NCBI RefSeq assembly: GCF_963921235.1
Contig: NC_086108.1
Location: forward strand, 64,606,001 to 64,670,000
Origin: Mobula hypostoma
Lineage: Eukaryota
DNA: 64,000 nucleotides
Direction of reading: 5' to 3'
Below are positions 13,329 through 25,950 of the stretch, in pieces; position 1 is the stretch's first letter; the number at the start of each line of letters is the position of its first letter. The notes under the pieces were generated by a model. It was not told the origin of the DNA. It made no database searches and worked only from the letters and a program-made list of their open reading frames with translations. A program made the translations under genes and the position numbers.

Positions 13329-16059
13329 AACCACCCCCCCCCCTCCCCACCAGCCACCCCCACATCACATCTGATACTTAATCCATCATCTTTGTTTTCC
13401 CCAAACATCGTGCAAGCTGTTCTTGATGATGTTGGCATGGGTTTGAAACTGATGGTCCATCTGGATAGCATGAATGTGGGCCAGGAAGAAAGAGAGATGA
13501 AGAGTGTGTGTGTGGAAGGACAGATAACGCTCAGCTGTCGGAAGACCCTGCGGTACTGTCACAGTCTGGCTGCCAACATGATATTTGATGTTGCAAACTT
13601 CTGCTTCATTAACAATTGGAGAATTATTTGACATCTTTAAATTTAAAATAAGCATTGTTCACCAGCATTTGGGAAATGCAGCTTTATTTCCTTTAATGAC
13701 AACACCAGTGTTTTAGGTAGTCAAATAAAGAGTCCTTCAGCACATTCGAATGCACATTTAAATCCTTAAATAGAACATTCTGTGTTGACATCCACAACTA
13801 ATGCTGGTTTATAGTTTTGAATATGAAATTTAAAACTTGCCTCAAAAATTGAAACAGAAATGTAGAGGGCAATGATGTTTCTGGATGTGGCTCTGTCACT
13901 AAAATGGGAAACAGCTTAAAGAACAAGTGTTTTGGAAAATAAATATTTTGAAGGTATTTTTGATATTTCTATATTCTAACATTTCACTGTTCTAACACAA
14001 TACAGTACATTTTAAAAGCATGTTGAGATTTTTTTTGTTCAGTTGTATGTTTGACAATAGTGCTAAAAATAGGCCAAATTTAGTGATTTTATTTAGCAGT
14101 AAAATAATAATTCCAAGTGAAAAAACAGTTGCAGAATAAAAAATCACAGAATAAAAATCAAAATCTGCCGTCAATGAAATACATAATTGAACTACTTTCA
14201 TCTGTTGTAGTATGCGATTAACTGTTACTGTTCTGTAAAGTTTTTGAGAACGTGTAATCAGTCTCTGATTGAAAATGTAAGCATAAGGTTCTGTAAGGCC
14301 TATTTAAAATGGAAGAGAACAGGTCCAGTTTTGCAAGTAGTTGTTATTCATAAACAAGCTGTGCCAAATAGTATGTTTATATTTCATTATCAAGACTGAT
14401 AAATTGTTTCTTAACCCTTTTCATCCTGTCTTGGCCAGCAAATATGCCAAAGCTCTCATCCCTTTCAGTAGATCTGGGAACCTAGCCAACCTCTGTTTGT
14501 CTTCAAAGAACCCATTGATATTTGCTAATGCATCTTCCAAGACATGTTAGTAGATTTATAAATGGAGGTGTGTGCATTGACATCATGGTGCCTGGTCCTT
14601 GAGATTTTTTGAAATTTAATTAAAAATTGTGGAAGGGAGATCTCATTGCAAAGCTTGGTGCTGCTGCTGAACTTGCGTGTAGCATGAACTAACCCTGACG
14701 ACTAACACCATTGTATTCAAGGGAGCTGTCCCTTTAGCCAGGAATGCATCAGAGTTTGCCGGAAATGTAACAGTGCCCCTCAACATGGGAAATTATCAGT
14801 TTAATAAGACTAGCAAGATGCACTGAGCTCATTGAAAGGAGAAAAAAAAATCAGTAGTGACTGAATACTATTTTTAAATTTGTTGTGGATGGTCAGTTTT
14901 GGGACTGGCATAATTTGTGATGTTCTTTTACTTGACTGGAAGCATTAGCTCTGCCCCTCTGTGGTGCCTCACCTATATGTCTTAACTCTGTTTCTATTTT
15001 CCATGTTAGTGAAGTTTGTGTCTTCATCCAGCTGATCTGCCTTTTATGCTCTATAAGTGCTGGGGTACTTCACTCATGAGGAAATGTATTGTAAATATTT
15101 ATTGGATGTAAAAGTCCTTGTATCTATCAGAGTGGATGATTTTTATTTTTGCAAACTGCAAAAGTGGCTACAGCTCAAAAACATAATCAATTAACTGTAA
15201 ATCATATTGAGAAGCCCTGAGGCCATAAAAAGCATAATAAAACATGGATCTATCCTTTCTTCTTTTTGGCCTATGTACATTGTATCTCAAATCCCTGAGG
15301 TGGAAGTTATATTTCTATATCATTACATTTACCCAATGCTATTGTGGAGTATTTTTATTGTAGCCTGTAGTTTCTGTTTGATTATTTTACTTACTTTTTT
15401 GAGTTCGATGTCATTCAGGGAAGATGTTCAATTATCGTGTGTTGGCTGGAAATTTTACCTTTCAAAAAAGTATTGTTTACTCCATCAGACTGTGGTGGAA
15501 TAAAGGAAGAGAACTGGTAAATCAGAAAGGAAATCCTTGCAGTCTTTTTTTGAATGCAAAGCTCATCAGACACTTCAGTAACAATCTATTTCATAAAGTT
15601 CCTGTCTGTGTTGATGTTAAAGAAGAGATTGAATGCTGTTTTCACTTTTCCTGTACTATAATTATTAAAGACCAGCAATATTTGCCCCAAGGGGGACATT
15701 CGTAGCTTAGAATGTTATGGCTCATAGGATTACTTTCGTTGCTTGACTGTGGCTTTTTGTTACTTTTAAAATTAATTCCATCTTGTGTAATGGAGAAGAT
15801 ATTCACATATTGTAATATTTGTGCCTGGTTTTTGAAAACTTTCCCAAATGCACGTAACAAGTATGGTTCATTCTCATTTTTGTTTGTGTGTCTTTTTAAA
15901 AATTCATTAATTTTTTAAAAATTTAATTTCAATTTATAGTAGGCTCTGCATTAATTCTCCATCTACCCTCTTTTACTTAATTTCTTAAGATCGTCTAATC
16001 CTGCACTAAACTTAAAACTGAAAAATACAACTGAAAGGACAACAGAATTACAGGCCACT

Positions 16060-16425
16060 ATTTTTCCTCCTCAACCCAAGGACATTGATATTTCTCATGA
16101 GTATATCTACTTGCTAATGTCTTGCCTAGGTGACCATTCCGTACGTCAGTCAAATATCCTCTCAATCAAGTCTCTCGAATGGGATGTTGACATGTTATCT
16201 GTAAATTATAGTCAAATCTGACCATCCACCCACATAACACATTTCCATTAGGAATGAAACGGTCTAATTTCTAATTATATCACCAGATATAATGTACAGA
16301 AACCAATTTTAGTGTCTCTGTGTCTATCCTGGCTGAGCTGGGCTAACTCAGGATTGAGCAGGTAATGAACCCAGGATCTTCTTGCTTGTACGATTCAACT
16401 GCTGAAGCCAGCTGAGCCATTAGAA
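16060..16425 (-). mobile_element. Possible ancient tRNA-derived SINE remnant
   Basis: Minus strand starts with A-box-like taatggctcagctgg followed by B-box-like gatcctgggttcattacc; highly diverged. Confidence 0.35.
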
Positions 16426-17420
16426 GAGAATAAATATTTAATGTAGTCCTTATACAGTTTGTAAAAGGTGGAGACCCAGAGGAATTTTCAATCTCATGAA
16501 CCTAAGTCACTGCTGGTCCTGTGATAAGTACAAATCGATGGCCTAGGGACTCCAACCTGTGGCCATCTGGATAAAAAGCTAGTTCTGAACTCTCAAAGCT
16601 ACTGGGCTGCCCAAAGGGTATGAACAGATTTCATCTTCTTTGCCAGAAGTGGAATCTAGCATGATTTAAAAATGATTAATAAATCTTTAATTACCACAAA
16701 GCATATCAATTATTAACAGATTAATTGCACATAATTATGACTTATTCAGCATTGTAGCTGCATAAACATGCTAACACAGTGCCAGGTCTGGGAAGTTTTC
16801 ATTCTAATGATGTATACAATTTTATACCACAATTCTAAGATATCTTAATGATTCTAAATAAATTAAATTAATTTGCTGAGGGATTATTGCTATTGTGTGA
16901 GCAGCTTCAGATGGGTAAACCAGGCTTGGAGGAGGTAAATTCAAATGACTTATCTTTTGTCTAAAGCTAATGTCCCTAGTTTAGCACATAATGGAAAAGA
17001 GTTTATTTCTTCCAGCTTTCAATAAGCATCATTTTATAAATGAGTAGCCTTTTGGAAAAAATGGAGATTAATATTGGGACAAGGATGAGTTGTGTAACAT
17101 CACTGTATGTTAATAAAGTATTGTTTTAGTGCAAATTTGGAAACTATTCTAAACAAAAATGCTTATAATTTTGCCTGAGATCCTCGTGGTCATTATGTCT
17201 CATAGCCATTATATGATAGTGACCAAAAAGAAATCCCCCATCCACCCGCTATTTTGATTATATGAGTGTCCTATTACAACAATTTTGCTTCTTTGCTCCT
17301 AATTAAACTGCCATGGCTGAGGAAGAACAACCACAATGCTTCTTGTTTTCTTTGTATGGCAAGTCAGTTTCTGGATGGAATATCTGGATAATTCTACATT
17401 TAATTGGGATGGTGATATTA

Positions 17421-18723
17421 CAGTATGGTTCATTCCGGTTAATTTGGACAGCCACTTATTTGGAACAACTCAAAAAGAACAAAAACTAATCAAGAAAGTA
17501 GCTGGGATTCCCTTTATTTATTTGGAACAATATGCTGCTTAACAGAGGCGGGAAACTGTTGAGCAGTTTCTAACTAGCCTCAGACATGTGCACTTGTTCA
17601 AAGTTCAAACGTAAAATATATTATCAGAATATATACAACTCTGTGATTCTTTTATTGTGGGCATACTTAGCAAATCTATGGAATAGTAACTGTAAACAGG
17701 ATCAATGGACAACAAACTGTGCAAATGCAGATATAAATAAATAGTAATAAATAACAAGCATGAAATAACAAGATAAAAGAGTCTTTGAAGTGAGACCATC
17801 GGTTGTGGGAACACAAGCAGTAGAATAAGTGTAGTTATCTCCTTTTGTTCAAGAGCCTGGTGGTTGAGGGATAGTAATTTTTCTTGAACTTGGTGGTGTG
17901 AGTCCTGAGGCACTTTCACTTTCTACCTGATGGCAGCAATGAGAAAAGAGCATGGCCTGTGTGGTGAGGATCTTTGATAACGGATGTTGCTTTTTTTTGG
18001 CAGTGTTTCATGAAGATGTGATCAGTGGTTGGGAGGGTTTTACTCATGATGTACTGGGCCAAATCCACTACCTTTTATGGGATTTTCTGCTCACATGGCA
18101 TTGGTGTTCTCATACCAGGCCGTTATGCAGCCAGTCAGCACGGTTTACACCTCACATCTATAGAAGTTTGCCAAAGTTTTTGATGACATACTGAATCCCT
18201 GCAGACTCCTGAGGAAGTAGAGGTGTTTTAGACATTACACCATGCTTAAGCAAAGAGTTTTAAAATAGCATTGGTTGCTGGCGCTTGTGTTTGAAAAGCA
18301 ATGATCTTTGTCACTGATGGTTGGTGAGAAATAAGTGGTAGGACAATTCAGAACTGTTTTTCTCACTGCAGTTTCAAGCATTCAGGATTGGAGATGCCAG
18401 AAATGGCCGGGAGTGAAAATGAAATGATTTTACTAGCTCAACAAGTAAGGACCCTTGAATAATTTGAAGGTATCAACAGTCATCTTGAATCTTACAATGA
18501 AAATGAAGATTTAGATGATACAATAGTCAATAGCATTGCATGAAGGAAGTCTATTATCTACATTAGGTGTCTGCATGAATTTTGTTCATTTACAGTCAAT
18601 TAAAAGAACGTGGCAGCATACAGGTACACTAGATGAATTCCTCCAATAACAATTAGGAACTAATGCTTGGTTTTATTGTACTGTACTAGTATTGATAGTC
18701 TTGTAATTATTCTGTTATCTCAT
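17421..18723. mobile_element. Non-autonomous Tc1/mariner (pogo/Tigger-like) element, interrupted by a Rex1 LINE and cut by a Gypsy LTR
   Basis: TA|CAGT terminus with cattccggttaatttggaca; similar terminus at 20205. The sequence appears to resume after the Rex1 insert at ~18226. Confidence 0.55.
17596..18225 (-). mobile_element. Rex1/Babar-clade LINE 3' fragment
   Basis: gttcaaagttcaaa tail; ttgttcaagagcctggtggttgaggg, ttctacctgatggcagc and gactcctgaggaagtagagg (YFLR motif on minus strand); related to 47545-48071. Confidence 0.8.
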
Positions 18724-19421
18724 TGTAAGGGGGTTTTGATTTTTATGTTACTGCGGAGGCCAATTAAAATGGCGTCTTTGTTATGTTAATCTGGGGAATG
18801 CGGCTTTGTTGTCTTAAACGCTGAGAAAGTTTGTGCTAGCAGCTTGTTGTGGTTTAGAGGGTGATAAGAAATACGTTATTAACCAATTGGGATAGTTGTT
18901 ATGGTTTTGGTGTATTTGAAGATCCTGTTTGTGAGGGGGTTTTGGGGGCAGAAGGCGGGAGAGCGAGACAGAGGATGGACAAGATGCTGTGAGTCCGCTA
19001 ACGGGGTCGGACCCCGAGCGGGATGTTCGGCACGGAGACGGAGACGGATTCGTGTGGAGTGTCTGGTCGACCACCGTTGTTGGTCCCAGGCGGCCGGTGG
19101 AGGTGGTCCGAGGGGGTTGCAGGGTGAAAAAGAAGGTCCTTAAGCTCCAGCGGGTTTTTGTGCACGAAGAGATTGAACTTTGATAAGTGTGGCGCCTTTT
19201 ATTTTACTTTTATATTTTAATCTCTTTTAATTATATAGTTCCAGTAATATCTATAAACTGTATATCATTTAATTGCATCTGGTGTATTGTCTGTTATTTG
19301 GGCGGGGTGGGGTACCTCACACAGCATCCACACAAACCAATTACCCAGTTTGGCGGGGCCGAGGCTGTTTCCCTAGACGATAGCGAGCCGAGCGACCCTG
19401 AGGGTGGCCAGGGGGGCTACA
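18724..19421 (+). mobile_element. 5' LTR (~698 bp) of a Ty3/Gypsy retrotransposon
   Basis: Starts TGTAAG, ends CTACA, CpG-rich relative to flanks, followed immediately by a PBS and gag. Confidence 0.85.
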
Positions 19422-19424
19422 TTG

Positions 19425-19443
19425 TGGGGGCTTTGTCCGGGAT
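19425..19443 (+). promoter_or_regulatory. Primer-binding site complementary to the tRNA-Pro 3' end
   Basis: tgggggctttgtccgggat versus canonical tRNA-Pro PBS TGGGGGCTCGTCCGGGAT, 3 nt downstream of the LTR end. Confidence 0.8.
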
Positions 19444-19501
19444 GCTTGAGTCTGTTGGTATGCTGTGTGGGTGCCCTGTTTAAATCTGTAATTGTGTCTC
19501 T

Positions 19502-20195
19502 GTGTGTTATTTGCTGGTTATTGCTGTATGCGTGGTGGGTGAGGTCTTTGTTCAAGTTCAGACTAGCATTGACGAGTTGGAGGTGGCACTAGGGGCTGTC
19601 CATGTGGTTGGGAGAGAGAGGAAAGAGTGGTCTGATTTGGAGGTAGAGTCTACGAATAAATGTTCTAGCTCTGGCAGGCTCCGCCTGGCACTTGGGATAG
19701 TGTCCACCCCAAGAGCGGCGGAGGCGTGTGAGACGTGGGCAGAGCGGATCTCTCAGTTGTTAGATGAGTGGCGGTGCTCTGTTGAGGGAGGGCAACAGGG
19801 ATTGGTTGAAAGTTTGAGTAGGCGGGCTGGTGACGGTGTTAGAGCTGTCAGGTTCACTTACACCATAGTGACAGCTGTCAGTTATTTGAAAGAGGGGGGG
19901 AAAGTTTTCAGTGTGTCTTCTCTGGCTAGGAGGGCAGCTAAATTGCTTGTAGTGCCAGGGGGATCATTTCAGGGGATCAGCCCCTCCCTCAGTTGTTCAG
20001 CTGATCAGAGAGGGATCGAGAAACTTAGTGGAGGCCCAGTGGGGGAAAGGCTTGGGGTCTCTGGGGAAGCACGTTCCCAGCAATGTACCACTGAACTTCT
20101 GCAAGGAACAAGGAAAAGACCCTATTCCTGAAGGCTTAGAGGGACCATGCCCCAGGGTGTCGTTATGAATAGAGGGAAGCGATGCTGAAGCTATT
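19502..20195 (+). pseudogene. Degenerate PNMA-like Gypsy gag plus the start of protease; element truncated
   Basis: ORF 19502-20131 contains [37 protein letters not shown] (PNMA-type capsid); then [17 protein letters not shown] (pre-protease) ending abruptly. Confidence 0.75.
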
Positions 20196-20204
20196 AGAGA
20201 AGTA

Positions 20205-20332
20205 CAGTGGATTCTGGTTATTTGGGACACATGGAGACCAGTACATTTTGGCCGTATTAAGTGGCTACCCAATTACCTTAAGTTTCATGGAAAAGTTTTA
20301 AAAAAGAGATAAAAGAAGACAAACTACTGTTT
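20205..20332 (+). mobile_element. Terminal fragment of a pogo/Tigger-like element
   Basis: TA|CAGTGGATTCTGGTTATTTGGGACAC terminus, similar to that at 17421. Confidence 0.6.
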
Positions 20333-21592
20333 GTCTTCTCTAATAGTTTTTTTTCTGGCCTATGTCTTTCACGGTGGGTCCAACTATGACCTGTTTATAA
20401 AACATGTTTTGGAAACTCCATGAGACCTAATCCAGTAACAACAGAGTGAAAATTGACCAATGTACAGTGGAAAATGGGGTACACTGTACTTGATTATGTT
20501 TAATACAGTATTAAATCAAATCTACTTGAATCTTGTATAGTGATACATTCATTCAGTAGCAACCCGTTAATATAGAGGATTTCTTTGCTTACCAAATATG
20601 AGCTCTCCCTATCACTGTGGTACTATGAGTATTATCTTTTAATAGACAGTCATACTCTGTTCTGAAAATATAGTGAATATTTTAAGTTCCTATACAGGGG
20701 GTGGGATAGTAAAAGCAACCTTGAAGCACATGTGTATTTTTGGCAACATAATGGAATGGAAAACTACATGCTAATGGAAAAACATTTTAAATAACAGTGA
20801 AGAAACAAAGCTGTTGTGCTACATCGGCATATTGATGTAAAAAAGATTAACATTGAAAATCGATACACCTTACTGTAATAGCAACTTATGTCATTGTTTT
20901 TCTTTTTATGTAATGAGCTGGATTGTCCTGTGTTTGACTCTGCCCAAACTTGCAGCCTGTGGTGCCTCTTAGCCCACACTAACCTGGTTTAGATACGGGG
21001 TTCAGACTGAGCTGAACCCCCGCACCTGGATTCCTCCAACAAAACATTGTGCGTCCCATCTCCAGGAAAGCACAGATGGCCTTTTGACACTTGCAGCTGC
21101 TTTTTGACACCTTTGAACCACATGTAAATGACACTGATAATAGAAAGTTTAAACAGAGGTCAGATAGTCTCAAATAATGGTAGAAGTGTAAGCTTAATTA
21201 AAACATTATAGAAATTAGTTGAAGACATTGAGATAAAGAGAAATAAATAATATGCAGAGTCAAGGTCAGTGCCTGCACTCAAACCATTGAGGTAATGCTT
21301 CTTTTGCCTGGCTTGGCTCTGTGATCTGCTACTGAACTCACCCCATTCATGCTGCAACCAAATTAAAAATCATCTGCGTAGATAGAAGCCTACACTTGTA
21401 AGTACATAGCAAAATGGATTGGCTGCTATCAAAAATAAGCCCGGACATTTGCAAATTTAATTAGAAAATATTCTGAACTGAATATAGTTAAGAGTACTGA
21501 CACAAACATGGTCAACAGTGTGTTGTTGAACTGGTATAACCTGCTGCAATTAAAGTATTTGAGATCTTGCAAAGAGCTATATTACCGTGGAT

Positions 21593-21753
21593 ATGAGGAA
21601 ATCTGCAGATGCTGGAATTTCAAGCAACACACATAAAGTTGCTGGTGAACGCAGCAGGCCAGGCAGCATCTATTGGAAGAGGTACAGTCGACGTTTCGGG
21701 CTGAGACCCTTTGTCAGGTCCTGATGAAGGGTCTCGAACTGAAATGTCGACTG
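21593..21753. mobile_element. Short fold-back Penelope-derived element with a 15-bp TSD
   Basis: TSD tatattaccgtggat at 21578-21592 and 21754-21768; inversion centre near 21719; two damaged hammerhead cores in opposite orientation. Confidence 0.9.
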
Positions 21754-23611
21754 TATATTACCGTGGATTATCATTTTACATTGGCTAGCCGGAATGAATA
21801 GTGGAATCGTTGTTTTGATTGGCTTCTAAGCAAACTAATAATACTTAAAAGATGAACTATTATAAAAAGTCATTCTAATAATTGCTGATTGGACTTTTAC
21901 ATGGCTAATTTTAAGGAAATTAAAGCTGCATTATTACCTTTGTTTGATTCTATAGTCCAGTTCCAAAACCATCAAAATATGTCATTTAAAGCCTCCTGTA
22001 AATGGCATTCTGTCACTATTTAATAAATGGAACTCTTATGTGACATTTATACTGCTGCTGGAATGAAGGCAATTTTGTTTCAATCTTAAACCTTTGTTGC
22101 TAAAACTTTCCAACCTTTTCATTTCCATGCTTTAATGAAACTGTCTTTCTGCTCTTCAAAAATTATTATCCATATTTCATAGAAACTGTATTTGAAAATT
22201 TTGACTGTAAGAATTACCATTTCGCATTTAAAGATTGGGTATGGGGGTTATGATCAAATGGATCTTGACGTTTCATGAGTTCACTGAAGAGATAAATAGT
22301 TTTCTTTTAAATAATAAATCTTAATGCTTTCCATTAGAATTTCCCCCTCTTCACCCAATAATCTTCATTTCCAATCATGAATGGCCTTAGGTTCAGCTTA
22401 ATCCAGCCAGATCTGGTTTCAGGCCTAAATTGTGCCGAAGATTGTCAGGAGGAGTCCGTAGTCTAGACTCAGTTAGTTTACAATTAGTGAGAGTTTCTAG
22501 TTTGTTGCTACTCAGGTCTGAAACTCTGTTAGTTTGTGAATGTAGTCCTACATGCCTTTATCTTGTTACTTTGATCTGTTTACAATGTGTCTTTCTTTCC
22601 TTATTCTGGAGTAGTACGCTTCAGAATTTTTACATCGCTGTGTGAAAAGGAAATATCTAGCCCTGTATGAGGTGTAACATGGGCATAATTATGAAACTAC
22701 AGCAAGCTTCCAGCTATTTAAACAATGACTACAATGAATTTACTGTTTGAAGTGGTATAAACTGTGAAGAACATGCTACAAATACACGTGAAAATAATTT
22801 AAAATATTTTATTGCTTTTTTCTATTAGACTCCTTTTTAAAAATAAACCTTCATCACCGTAAATAATTCTAGTTAGGTTTCCAATGTCAGTTTAATAGTT
22901 AAATTTATAGCTCTGTGAGCTGGTAAGCTATGCTAGGCTAGACACTTCTAGGAAGATTCTCAGTCTATGATAAATTAATCTAGCTCAACTGCCATGGCAT
23001 TAGGGACAAAATAGCTTGCACCAACACACACAGTGTTGCTCAGTTAAAATATAAATTATCCCATTATGTTCATTCTTGTTTTGCATTGTCAGAACTGGAC
23101 GCTTTTGGGCTGGATACCCCTTGCTGAATAGCTTGCAGCACCCTTTATTCTGATTCATTAGCAATAAACACCTGTGGGGAAACAATGAGCATGGGAGGCA
23201 TCGAAAATTCATGCCCATCTCATATTTCAGATGAAAAGGCAGAAGGAAGGTGCTGTTGAAGAACCTCATTGAATTGAGGTGGTGCCCCCTGTAAATGGTG
23301 TACTCTCAGCAATGCCACTCGTGGCAGAGGCCATGGATTTTAGGGTAGTAGACAGAGTGCCATTCAGATGGTCTGTTTTGTTTTGATGGTACACATTTCT
23401 AGTTCTTTCATTAGAGCTATATTCACTTTTCAAGGAAAATAATGTTTTGATATTACTGAAGTGCAACTCATTAATGGTGGAAAGGCATCAGGGAAACAGA
23501 AAGTGAACCATTCTTTAATGAATATTCAGCATCTGACGTGCTTATAATGACATTATTTATTTGGCTCCAGTAAAATTTTGATATGCAGTGGGGTCCATGA
23601 TATTAATGGGA

Positions 23612-24852
23612 GGAGATTCTTCAGCAATAAGCAGTAAGGAAGACAAATGCAATCATTTCAAGAGGACTAGAAAAGGAAGGATGTAAAGCTGCGGCTTATC
23701 TTATCTAAGAAAAGATGTGCTGGCATTAGAGAGTGTACAGAGGACGTTCACAAGAATGAACCTAGGACTGAAGAGGTTAACACATGAGTGTTTAATGGCC
23801 CTGAGCCTGTACTTACTGGAGTTTAGAATTGAAAGGCCTAGATAGAATGGAGGTGGAGAGGATGTTCCCTAAAATGCAGGAGTCTGAGACCAGAGGGCAC
23901 AGCCGTAGAATAGAAGGATATCCCTTTAGGACAAACTTGAGGAGGAATTTCTTTAGCCAAAGGTTGGTGAATCATTGTGACAGATAGCTGTAGGGGCAAA
24001 ATCATTAGATTAGATTAGATTAGATTAGATTCAACTTTATTGTCATTGTGCCAAGTACAAATACAAAGCCAATGAAATGCAGTTAGCATCTGACCAGAAA
24101 TGCAAAGAATAGTGTTATTTACAAGATAACTGCAAATAAAAAGTGCTACAGTGCACAAATATAAAAGTACTGAGACAGTACAATATAGGTGCAATACTGC
24201 TTAGCGCTGTGATGTGAGGTTCAGCAGGGTCACAGCCTCAGGGAAGAAGCTCTTCCTGTGCCTGCTGGTGCAGGAGCGGAGGCTCCTGTAGCACCTACCA
24301 GATGGGAGGAGAGTAAAAAGTCCATGGTTAGGGTGAGATGCATCCTTGATAATGCTTTTTGCCCTGCCCAGGCAGCATTTATGGTAGATGTTCTCAATGG
24401 TGGGCAATTGGGTGTCGATAATCCGCTGGGCAGTTTTCACCACGCGCTGGAGTGCTTTGCATCCAATACAGGACAATCGCCATACCACACTGAGATGCAG
24501 TTGGTGAGTATGCTCTCAATGGTACAGCGGTAAAAGTCCGTCAGTATCCTGGGACAGAGGTGAGCTTTCTTGATGCGCCGCAGGAAATAAAGGCACTGTT
24601 GCGCCTTTTTGATCAGGATGGAGGAGTTCAGGGACCAGGTGAGATCCTCGGAAATGTGGATGTATGTGAAGTCATTGGATGTACATAAAGCAGAGGTTGA
24701 TAGGTTCTTCATTAGTGAAAACATCAAAGATTATGCTGAAAAGGCAGGAGAATGGGATTCAGAAGGATAATAAATCAGCCATGATTGAATGGCAGAACAG
24801 ACTTGATGGGCTGAATAGCCTAATTCTGCTCATATGTCCTGTGGTCTTATGA
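23612..24852 (+). mobile_element. CR1 LINE 3' part, split by a Rex1 insertion
   Basis: CR1 C-terminal motifs (gagagtgtacagaggacgttcacaagaatga, gaccagagggcacagcc, gaggaggaatttctttagcc); resumes at ~24666 with the 3' UTR ending gtggtcttatg. Confidence 0.85.
24004..24665 (-). mobile_element. Rex1/Babar-clade LINE 3' fragment with (TCTAA)n tail
   Basis: ORFs 24437-24727 (HISEDLTWS..KKAQQCLYFLRRIKK..FYRCTIESILTNCISVWYG) and 24201-24488 (LQRVVKTAQRII..HPNHGLFTLLPSGR); (ATTAG)5 at 24004-24031. Confidence 0.9.
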
Positions 24853-25259
24853 TCTAATTCTGTTGAATTTTAAAGAGTGTTGACTGGGCTGTCATTTTAT
24901 GATCATCTTTATCGTGCACTTGTTTGTATCAGTGCTTTATCAGCTCACTTCTGATTACAACGGATCCAACCACTTTTTAATGAACAGCAAACTCCATACA
25001 TCCAAGTTCATAAACAGTTTAAGATTGTTTGGCATGCGACATTGCCCTTGAGGAACTCCTGTTTAAGCTAATCTCTCTTACTCAGCATGATAGTACTATA
25101 TCACCCAACGGAGTGTCTCTTCTGTTGATAGCAGGGCTTTGCCTCCATAGAGCAGTAATGCTAACAGAGGCAAATGACTGTGGAGGGTAGACTATGGGGA
25201 CCAGGTTAAGTAGGGGTTTCCCTTGTAATTATTTTTTTAACTTTGGCTTCCACAGTGGA

Positions 25260-25950
25260 CGTAGTATATGCTCTTCAGCACTTGGCCAACCTACTCTGTG
25301 ATGCTGTAGCGTTTGTATAGAGAAGGCATGAAGGAAGTTTGTAGTGCTTCTTCCACATCATGTTCAACATAGAGGAAAGCTGATCCATCACCTAAGGGAG
25401 AGTGTCCAGTAGGTGGGATGGTTCTGGAGGAGTCCGAAACATTGGCTGAATTGTGATACTCTGATTCAGTCTCAGTCAGTCTGTTGTTTGACTTGTTTAA
25501 GGAATAGCTCTCCCAGTTTAGCAAGGAGCTCCTAGATGTTAGTGGCAAGATTTGGCAGGGTTAATTTGTTTGGGTTTGCCTTTGTCACATTCAAATCCAG
25601 TCCCTAGGTTATTTTTTTCTTAATTGTGGTTTATCAAAATGTCATGGTATGAGTGGGTTGTTGAGCTATTTCACATGGCATTTAAGGGTCAGCCACAATG
25701 TTATTGGTCTGGAATTACATATACACCAGAGAAGATGAGGACAGCAGGTTTCCTTTGCCTGAGGGTAGTAGTGAACAGGAGGTGTTGTTCATGCCAGTTC
25801 AATAGGCATCATTACTGTTGCTATCCCTGTATTTATTAAATTAATTGAATTTACTTCATCAGCTGCTATGGTGAGATTTTAACTTATTCTCCAAATCATT
25901 ACTTGAGTATTAATAATCCAGTAAAGTATCCATTTATGCTATCATACTCA
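25260..25950 (-). mobile_element. Old LINE/SINE remnant (possible endonuclease-region fragment plus SINE-like part)
   Basis: ORF 25291-25548 loosely resembles a degenerate APE N-terminal region; 25640-25950 is similar to 1440-1760 in reverse. Confidence 0.4.
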
